A stretch of DNA of 64,000 bases from Planctomycetota bacterium. Its GTDB lineage: Bacteria; Planctomycetota; B15-G4; JADJEK01. Location: assembly GCA_044225365.1 (NCBI GenBank), contig JBGAIQ010000001.1:64001-128000 (forward strand), written 5' to 3'. Below, piece by piece: positions 31,340-38,207 of this stretch. The number at the start of each line of letters is the position of its first letter. The stretch's first letter is position 1. A model generated the notes under the pieces. It was not told where the DNA came from, searched no databases, and was given only the letters and a program-made list of their open reading frames with translations. The translations under genes and the position numbers were made by a program.

Positions 31340-31942
31340 ATGGCAGCGCGCTTGATCACGGAAGCGGACGTGCGCGAAGGACGGGCGGGAAATCCGATCG
31401 TCGTCGATGCAGGCACCGTCATCACGCCTTCCGCGCTCGACGCCGCCCACGCGCGCGGCATCGCGGTCGAGTATCGGCGGGACGCGCCTCGCTTTGGCTC
31501 GAATGCGACGCCCATCGCGAACTCCACGCCCGCGGCCCCCGCGCCCTCGCCACGAGACGAGCATTCGGCTTCCGAACTCGATCTCGCCGCGCCGCCGCTG
31601 GTGAAGGCGTGCGGCTGCGAGACCGCGGGCAAGTGCGGGTGCCGCAGCGAGCCGATCTGCTCGAAGCCGCCATCGCCCGAGGTGCGGCCTTCGGAATCGA
31701 AGAGCACGCGCGAGTCGGATTGGTCGCTCGTCTTGCGCGACCGCGGGAGTCGCTTCGACGCCTCGGCGTTCCAAGAAACCGGTGGTACCGGCGAGCGGCG
31801 GGGGGCGAGTCCCGCGTCTCTCGGCCGCGCCGTCCTCACGATCGATCTCTCGGCGGGCGGGCTCGACGCGGCGATCCGCGCGCTGAAAGCGCTGCAGGCC
31901 GCGGGGCTCGATGTCGGCGTCGAATTGCGCAAGGATGCATAG
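31340..31942 (+). CDS. BMC-locus accessory protein with a Cys-rich segment, function unknown
   Basis: GGAGG RBS. N-terminal LITEADV...GTVITPSALDAA..RGI module, Pro/Ala linker and CGCETAGKCGC...C. Confidence 0.65.
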   Translation: MAARLITEADVREGRAGNPIVVDAGTVITPSALDAAHARGIAVEYRRDAPRFGSNATPIANSTPAAPAPSPRDEHSASELDLAAPPLVKACGCETAGKCGCRSEPICSKPPSPEVRPSESKSTRESDWSLVLRDRGSRFDASAFQETGGTGERRGASPASLGRAVLTIDLSAGGLDAAIRALKALQAAGLDVGVELRKDA

Positions 31943-31996
31943 TCGCAGTTTGACGCAGGCCGGACTCCAGCGTGGAGAGGTCGTGGAACCCGAAGT

Positions 31997-32629
31997 ATGA
32001 ACCGATTCGCTTCCCTCGTCGTCGAAGCCCTGGTCGTCGCCGCCGTTGCTGCGGGCGTCGGTTACTTCGCCAACTCGCACAGCTCGAAAGGCCTCGACCT
32101 CTCGAAGGACTACTTCTTCGTCGCTGCCAAACCGGAGAAACCCGCGACACCCACGGCCAACGGCAAGAAGGAACCGAGCGCCGCGACCGATCCCGAGGCC
32201 GAGGCGGCGGCTCGTCTGAAGGCCGAGGGCATCGCGACGATCTCGCACGACGACGTCGTCAAGGACTTCGACGACGAGCTGTACCAGAAGTACGACGCGT
32301 ATGCGTTCATCGACGCGCGCAACGACGCCAACTACGCCGATGGTCACATTCCCGGCGCGTGGCACTTCGATCCCTATCACGTCGAGCCGTACACCACGAC
32401 CGTCGTGCCGCAGTGTCAGAACTCGGCGAAGGTCATCGTCTACTGCAATGGTGGGCAATGCGTCGACTCGGAGTTGGCCGCGCAGCACCTCGTCAACCTG
32501 GGCGTGCCGAAGGCCTCGCTCTTCGTCTATCTCGGCGGGATCCAGGCCTGGAAGAAGGCCGGTCGTTCGGTGGAGAAGGGTGAACGCAAGAGCGGGAACC
32601 TCGCGGTGGAGAAGCCCGATGACGGTTGA
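31997..32629 (+). CDS. Membrane-anchored rhodanese-like protein
   Basis: N-terminal TM, FIDAR, GHIPGA, active-site loop YCNGGQC and YLGGIQAW. Confidence 0.9.
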   Translation: MNRFASLVVEALVVAAVAAGVGYFANSHSSKGLDLSKDYFFVAAKPEKPATPTANGKKEPSAATDPEAEAAARLKAEGIATISHDDVVKDFDDELYQKYDAYAFIDARNDANYADGHIPGAWHFDPYHVEPYTTTVVPQCQNSAKVIVYCNGGQCVDSELAAQHLVNLGVPKASLFVYLGGIQAWKKAGRSVEKGERKSGNLAVEKPDDG

Positions 32630-33125
32630 TTCGAGCGCGACGGAAATCGGCCATCGCGGGATCGTGCCGTGGCTCGCGCTCGGAGCGCGGCTCGTCGTCG
32701 GCATCGCATTCATCATGCTCGGCAGCAACAAGCTCGCCGATCCCGTCGCATTCCTGAAGGCGATCCGCGAGTACCACCTCGTTCCCGAGCAGCACTTCGT
32801 CGTCGTCAATACGATCGCGGGTTTGCTGCCGTGGGCCGAGATCCTGCTCGGTGCGTTCCTCGTGCTCGGAATCGCGCGTCGTGGCAGCGCGCTCGTACTT
32901 CTCGTGATGCTCGTCGCGTTCACGCTCGCGATCTATCAGCGATCCATCGCGATCGCCGCCGATCAGGCGATTCCATTCACGCAGGTGCGATTCGACTGCG
33001 GCTGCGGCAACGGTGTGGTGCAGGCGTCGAAGAAGCTCCTCGAGAATTCGCTGTTGATCGCGCTGTCCGTCTTCCTCGTCGTCTCGCGCGGGTCGCGGTG
33101 TGCGTGCCGCGACGTCCTTTTCTAG
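32619..33125 (+). CDS. DoxX/MauE-family membrane protein
   Basis: ARLVVG..F...G..K, LPWAEILLG and DCGCG. Overlaps the rhodanese gene. Confidence 0.85.
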   Translation: MTVDSSATEIGHRGIVPWLALGARLVVGIAFIMLGSNKLADPVAFLKAIREYHLVPEQHFVVVNTIAGLLPWAEILLGAFLVLGIARRGSALVLLVMLVAFTLAIYQRSIAIAADQAIPFTQVRFDCGCGNGVVQASKKLLENSLLIALSVFLVVSRGSRCACRDVLF

Positions 33126-34060
33126 CCACTCCGCCCTGATGCAGCGGCGAGGATCCTGCGCGGGGCGTCGCCGGCGCACGCGCTTGCGAATGCATCGCTG
33201 AACCCGAGCGCCCGCACGTTGCGGACGCAGTCGTCCTGGAGCACGATCGAGCCGGCAAGCGATCCCGCGGAGTTGCGGACGGCGCCGTTCTTCACGCGCA
33301 GCGTTTCGCCCCAGACTTCGTAGTCCCCTTCGGGCAAGCCCGCGGCCGGAATCGCATCGCTGATGAGCGCCACCTTGCCGGGCCCCTTGGTGCGCAGCAC
33401 GAGCTCGACCATCTTCGGATGGAGGTGCTGGAAGTCGGCGATGAGATCGACGGAGATCTCGCGCTCGAGCAGGCCGAAGCCGATCGGTCCCGGTTCGCGA
33501 TGATGGAGCGGACGCATCGCGTTGCAGAAATGTGTCATGTGTCGCGCGCCTGCTGCGAACGCGTGATCGAGGTCCTCGTGCGAGGCATCGGTGTGCCCGA
33601 TCGACACGAGCACTCCCTGCTTGCTGCAGGTGTCGATCAACTCCATGCCGCCCGGGATCTCCGGCGCGAGCGTGATCATGTGGTGGCCCGGGGTCGCGAA
33701 GAATCGATCGAGGATGCGTTTCGCCACGTCCTCGCGCGACAGATCGACGAAGCAGTCGGGATGCAGCGCGCCCGCTCTCTCGGGGGAGACGAAGGGGCCC
33801 TCGAGATGGATGCCGAGGGGAATCGCGCCGCGGCCGTCGCCTCTTCTTCGCGAAGCGATCCAAGCGCCGAGGCGATCGAGGACGCGTTCGAGTTCATCGA
33901 TCCGCAATGGGACGAGCGTGGGGAGGAACTCGCCGGTTCCGCGCTTCTCGAGCTCGCGAGCCATTCGATCGAGTTCGGGGACGTTTGCCGACACGATGTC
34001 GACGCCGTACGCGCCGTGGATGTGGAGGTCGAGGTAGTTCATGACGGATCCCTCGTTCAT
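33122..34060 (-). CDS. nagA: N-acetylglucosamine-6-phosphate deacetylase (N-terminally short)
   Basis: DLHIHG, GIHLEGPF, TLAPE, GHT, THFCNAM, IADFQHLHP, LISDA and SLAGS. Confidence 0.9.
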   Translation of the reverse strand: MNEGSVMNYLDLHIHGAYGVDIVSANVPELDRMARELEKRGTGEFLPTLVPLRIDELERVLDRLGAWIASRRRGDGRGAIPLGIHLEGPFVSPERAGALHPDCFVDLSREDVAKRILDRFFATPGHHMITLAPEIPGGMELIDTCSKQGVLVSIGHTDASHEDLDHAFAAGARHMTHFCNAMRPLHHREPGPIGFGLLEREISVDLIADFQHLHPKMVELVLRTKGPGKVALISDAIPAAGLPEGDYEVWGETLRVKNGAVRNSAGSLAGSIVLQDDCVRNVRALGFSDAFASACAGDAPRRILAAASGRSG

Positions 34061-34912
34061 TCATGGCGCGATTCGAAGCGCGGCGTCGACCGACCCGCGG
34101 TGCCGTAGAAGGTGCGACCTCGCTGCTTCCGGGTCGAGTCGATGACGAGCACAAACGAGCGCGACGGGCAGGTCGAATCCAACGCATTCGAGCGTGCGTC
34201 GCGCGTCCGTGTCGATGGCTCCCGTGAGGTCCCTCACGATCCGCACGGCGCGTTCGCGCAGCTTCGCGTTCGTCGGCTTCATCGCGACCATTTCGCCGCG
34301 GTGGATGAGGCCGAGCTGCTGCATCACCGTCGTCGACAGGGCCTGGAGCACGAGTTTCTGCGCCGTGCCGGCTTTCATTCGCGTCGATCCCTTCAGCACC
34401 TCGTCACCGGTCACCACGGTGATCCCGATCTTCGCCTCGCGCGCGAGTGGGGAGTTGGCCGTACAGGAGAATCCGATCGTGAGCGCCCCGATGCGAAGGC
34501 CCTCGCGCAAAGCCCCCAGGGCGTACGGAGTGGTCCCGGACGCGGCGAGCGAAAGCAGTGCATCGCTTGCCGCGAAGCCGTGCTTCGCAAGTCTCTCGGC
34601 TGCGGCGTTCGGGTCGTCCTCCGCGCCCTCGATCGCCTCGGTGAAGGCGCGATCGCCGCCCGCGATGAGGGCGATCACGCGATCGCCTCCGACGCCAAAC
34701 GTTGGCAGGAGTTCGGCGGCGTCGAGGACCGCGAGGCGTCCGCTCGTGCCGGCGCCCGCGTAGAACAGGCGTCCGCCGTCCCGCATGCGATCGGCGATCG
34801 CAATGGCGGCTTCCGCGATCTTCGGCAGGGCCATGCGAACGGGGTCGATCACAGTTCGATCGGCGGCATGGATCGACTCGACGAAGGCAAGAGCATCGGT
34901 GGGTTCGTTCAT
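34061..34912 (-). CDS. murQ: N-acetylmuramic acid 6-phosphate etherase
   Basis: GAGTSGRLAVLDAAE, AIEGAED, AASGTTPY and GSTRMKAGTAQK. Confidence 0.93.
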   Translation of the reverse strand: MNEPTDALAFVESIHAADRTVIDPVRMALPKIAEAAIAIADRMRDGGRLFYAGAGTSGRLAVLDAAELLPTFGVGGDRVIALIAGGDRAFTEAIEGAEDDPNAAAERLAKHGFAASDALLSLAASGTTPYALGALREGLRIGALTIGFSCTANSPLAREAKIGITVVTGDEVLKGSTRMKAGTAQKLVLQALSTTVMQQLGLIHRGEMVAMKPTNAKLRERAVRIVRDLTGAIDTDARRTLECVGFDLPVALVCARHRLDPEAARSHLLRHRGSVDAALRIAP

Positions 34913-34940
34913 CGTGCGGAGCCCCGGGTCGGGTTCTGGG

Positions 34941-35909
34941 TCATTGCGGCGTCATCTCGAGAACGGCCCATGCCGGGATCTGTCTCCAGCGCACGAAGCG
35001 ACACCGCGGCGCGTCGTTTCGCAAGGCCTTCCGCAGCGCGTTCGTGACGATGGGGACGTTTTCGACGACGCCACCAAAGCTACAGACCGTCATCGGTTCA
35101 TGCTTCGAGTCCGCCAGTTGCGATGCGACAGCCGCAACGAGTTCGCCGAGCGCCGCGCCCGCCGCGCGCAGGATGCTCCGAGCCACCCGATCTCCGTGCG
35201 CCGAGCACTCGACCACGAGGGGCGCGATCGCGCCGAGGCTGCTGGCTCGCTCGGCCGCGCGATGCGCTGCGACGCGAAATCCGGCGCGATCGCATTTCAA
35301 CGCGGCGAGGACCGCCGCTTCCAGCCGAGTCTTCGGACCCCGGCGATCGAGCGCGCGGGACACCGCGGAGAGCGCTTGCTTTCCGATCCACGATGCCGAA
35401 CCCTCGTCACCGAGTCGAAAGCCGTAGCCGCCCGCACGGACGATGCGCCGACCATCGGTCCCGATCGCGATCGAGCCGGTGCCGGCGATGAGCGCGATGT
35501 AGGCGTCGTAAGGGGAGGCGAGGCCGGTCGCTGCGAGCGCGACTTCGGCGTCGGAGGTGACGAACACTTCGCACTGCGGGAATCGCGATTCGATCGCACG
35601 TTGGACGGCTCGCCGCGTCGGAAGATCGCCGAGCCCCGCGGCGCCGATCGCGATGCGACGGGTCGAGCGCACCGTCACTGCGGCATCTCGCATCGCGCTT
35701 CGAATCGTGTTCGAGAGGTTCTTCACCGCGAGCGCGAGGCCGACGCCGTGGACGTTCGCCGCTCCACCCTCGGCGGATCCAACGACACGGCCACCGACGC
35801 GCCGCACGAGCGCGCGCGTTCGGGTTCCGCCGGCGTCGACACCCACCTCGAACGGGGGGAGTCGGACCGGCGATCGCGGATTCGCTTCGGGAAGTCGGAG
35901 CTTGCGCAT
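34941..35909 (-). CDS. BadF/BadG/BcrA/BcrD-family N-acetylglucosamine/N-acetylmuramate kinase (MurK-like)
   Basis: VGVDAGGTRT, SDAEVAL, IAGTGS and RAGGYGFRLGDEGS. Co-oriented with murQ-nagA. Confidence 0.88.
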   Translation of the reverse strand: MRKLRLPEANPRSPVRLPPFEVGVDAGGTRTRALVRRVGGRVVGSAEGGAANVHGVGLALAVKNLSNTIRSAMRDAAVTVRSTRRIAIGAAGLGDLPTRRAVQRAIESRFPQCEVFVTSDAEVALAATGLASPYDAYIALIAGTGSIAIGTDGRRIVRAGGYGFRLGDEGSASWIGKQALSAVSRALDRRGPKTRLEAAVLAALKCDRAGFRVAAHRAAERASSLGAIAPLVVECSAHGDRVARSILRAAGAALGELVAAVASQLADSKHEPMTVCSFGGVVENVPIVTNALRKALRNDAPRCRFVRWRQIPAWAVLEMTPQ

Positions 35910-35942
35910 CGGCCGTACTCTACAATCCCGCCGCTGTCGCGA

Positions 35943-36040
35943 GGGAGCGGATGGCGGCTGGTGTCGCCCCCGGTCTTCAAAGCCGTGTGCGGGGTCCCTT
36001 CGGGGCTTCGGGTGGGTTCGATTCCCATGCGCTCCCGCCA
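35943..36040 (+). tRNA. selC: tRNA-Sec (anticodon UCA)
   Basis: 98 nt. 6-bp D stem GGCGGC-TGGT-GTCGCC, anticodon loop CTTCAAA, long variable arm, T arm GTGGG-TTCGATT-CCCAT, 3' GCCA end. Confidence 0.93.
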
Positions 36041-36064
36041 TCCTCGTCGGCGGACCGCGCCCTC

Positions 36065-37510
36065 CTACTTTCCGAATCGTTTCTTGAGGATCAGTCGCAG
36101 CATCTTCGTCGCGGTCTTCGCGAGCTGACGGAACCCCGCGGAGTGCTTCGATTCGCCGGCGATGCGCGGATAGTACGAGACGGGGATCTCGATCACGCGG
36201 CGATGCTGGCGCAACACTTCGATCATCAGTTCGGGAGAGAACTCGGGCCCGACGCCGACGAGTCGTGGCCGGATCTTCTCGTAGACCTCGCGCCAGATGG
36301 CGCGGTAGGTGCATCCGACATCGGTGAAGCGTGGCTCCTGTGCCCACCAGAGCGCCTCGATGAGCTTGCCGACGATCACGTTCGCCCACCGGACGATGCC
36401 CTTCATGTTGGTGCCCTGCTCGACCATCTGACGCGTCGTGCGCGTACCGATGACCATGTCGGCGTCCTTCATGAATTCGAGCAGCTTGCCGAGATCCTTG
36501 CTGCGGAAGGAGTGATCGGCCTCGATGAGGACGATGATCTCACCCGTCGCTTGATCCATGCCGTGACGCAATGCGTCGCCGTAGCCTCGCAATTTCTTCG
36601 AGAAGACCTTGGCTCCAAGCTTGCGCGCGATGTCGCCCGTTCCGTCGGTGGACTCGTTGTCGGCGACGACGACCTCCGCGACGTGTGGGAGGAAGTCCTT
36701 GATCACGGTGCCGATCGAGCCCGCTTCGTTCCAGGCCGGGATGACGACGCTCACTCGATAGCGGCCGTACTCGCCGCTGCGGACCAGGTAGTTCGCGTAG
36801 TTCTGATCCTCGACCGAGTTGATGTTGAAGTAGTTGCCGGTGAGGTGGAAGGCGCGAACGGGTTTGCCTTCGTTCGCGAGGGTCGCGATCGCATCGGTGA
36901 GCTCGATGCGTCCACTGCGCGCCGAAGGCGGCGTGCGATCGATCGCGTCGAAGATCGACGGACGAAACACGTAGGTGCCGCAACCGAGGAGTTTGCCGGC
37001 GACGTCGGTGGGTTTCTCCTCGACTCCGACGATCCGGTCGCCGTCGAGGCGCACCGAGTAGTTCTTCATGATCTTGCGCGGATCGTCGGTCGTCGTCACC
37101 GCGCAGACGGCCTCCCAGGGCTCGGTGGGTGGGAGCAGGTCGCGATGATTGGAGTCGAGGTAGAGTTCGTCGCCCAGAACGGAGACGAACGGCTCGTGGA
37201 CGAGGTCGCGAGCGAGTTGGAGACCGCGCGCGAGGCCGATCCCAGGATCCGTCACTTCGACGAAGCGAACCTTCACGCCGAGGTTGGAACCGTCGCCGAG
37301 CGTCTCCCGGATCTGCTCACCGAGGTGACCGATGAGCACGATGAAGTCGCGGATGCCGAGCTGATCGCGCAGGATCTCGATGTTGCGGACGAGAAGGGGC
37401 TTTCCCGCGACCTCGAGCAGTACCTTGGGGATGTGGATCGTCCTCGGGTACGCACGGACCCCGCGCCCTGCGGCAGGGAGCACGGCCAGGCGCACGGGAG
37501 TCACGGTCAT
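36065..37510 (-). CDS. Fusion of a sugar-phosphate nucleotidyltransferase and a DPM1-like GT2 glycosyltransferase
   Basis: N-terminal LPAAGRGVR..P.T..IPK.LL, GDGS and EKP. C-terminal VVIPAWNE, DNESTDGT, GYGDAL and TDVGCTYR. Confidence 0.88.
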   Translation of the reverse strand: MTVTPVRLAVLPAAGRGVRAYPRTIHIPKVLLEVAGKPLLVRNIEILRDQLGIRDFIVLIGHLGEQIRETLGDGSNLGVKVRFVEVTDPGIGLARGLQLARDLVHEPFVSVLGDELYLDSNHRDLLPPTEPWEAVCAVTTTDDPRKIMKNYSVRLDGDRIVGVEEKPTDVAGKLLGCGTYVFRPSIFDAIDRTPPSARSGRIELTDAIATLANEGKPVRAFHLTGNYFNINSVEDQNYANYLVRSGEYGRYRVSVVIPAWNEAGSIGTVIKDFLPHVAEVVVADNESTDGTGDIARKLGAKVFSKKLRGYGDALRHGMDQATGEIIVLIEADHSFRSKDLGKLLEFMKDADMVIGTRTTRQMVEQGTNMKGIVRWANVIVGKLIEALWWAQEPRFTDVGCTYRAIWREVYEKIRPRLVGVGPEFSPELMIEVLRQHRRVIEIPVSYYPRIAGESKHSAGFRQLAKTATKMLRLILKKRFGK

Positions 37511-37641
37511 CTTGGTCCTCGGGGCGATTGCGGTCGTCGAAGCGGGAGCAGGTGAAGGGCAGAGAGCGTAAGAGGCGAAGCTCGCGAGACAAGATCGATC
37601 AAGACGCAGTCGCGACCGTAGTTCGGAGGAGTCCGAAGTGC

Positions 37642-37683
37642 AAAAAAGAATCGGCCGGACTCCCCGACGAGTCCGGCCGATTC
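37642..37683 (-). terminator. Intrinsic terminator on the minus strand
   Basis: Perfect 15-bp stem GAATCGGCCGGACTC/GAGTCCGGCCGATTC with a 6-nt loop, followed by TTTTTT on the minus strand. Confidence 0.85.
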
Positions 37684-37857
37684 GACCGTGAGGTCTCTCC
37701 GAAAGAGCTCCGGTTCCAGTCCCACCCAGCAGGACTGGCAACCGAGGCTCCCCTGAACCCTGCATTCAGCGATCCGGGTCCCGACACCTAGATCACGTCA
37801 TTCAGGAGGATTCGGTGTTCCTTCCGAGCTTCCTCGCGAAGCCCGAAATCCTTGGCA
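37642..37857 (-). ncRNA. Candidate structured ncRNA or attenuating leader, class unknown
   Basis: Nested stems CCAGTCC/GGACTGG, CGGTT/AACCG, GAGC/GCTC, CTGAA/TTCAG and AGGT/ACCT, ending in the terminator. No convincing ORF. 5' end inferred. Confidence 0.45.
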
Positions 37858-37867
37858 AGAGATACTA

Positions 37868-37883
37868 AACACGCGCTGTGCCA
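37868..37883 (-). promoter_or_regulatory. Sigma54-like element (TGGCAC-N5-GTGTT)
   Basis: Perfect -24 box with the same GT-type -12 box as at 7034. Positioned to start the candidate ncRNA. Confidence 0.3.
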
Positions 37884-38207
37884 ATCGATCCTCGCCGTGG
37901 GCGCCCGCCAGCGAAGCGATCGCAAAGATTTGCGGAGTAGGGACTTGTGCGCACGTTGCCGCACCGCCGGTCAGCAGTGGAGGCAGTGCACCGTGACGTT
38001 GCGTGCACGATCGTTCCAGGCGAACATTCGGCGAACATCATTAACGACATATTCCATAGCTGTATAGGGCGATTGCACGGTCGTGCACGTCACGCGCCCG
38101 AGACGGCTTCCGAGGCCGCTCACCGCCACCGCGCCGCTCCACGGCTCGAGCCTCGGCCTTCGGATTCCTGCTCTACCCAGGGCGCGTCCCGTCTACGATC
38201 CCGCCCC

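Noticed and set aside
35943-36100. selC or tRNA-Ala as an integration site for a genomic island
   Set aside because: No integrase, no duplicated tRNA 3' end and no evident compositional shift were seen.
37599-37787. 62-aa minus-strand ORF in the structured intergenic region
   Set aside because: GTG start without a clear RBS, and it runs through the terminator. RNA structure explains the region better.
37690-37800. c-di-AMP, glycine or cobalamin riboswitch assignment
   Set aside because: Only fragments match (CGCTGAAT, GGAGAGACC); the remaining conserved elements are missing.
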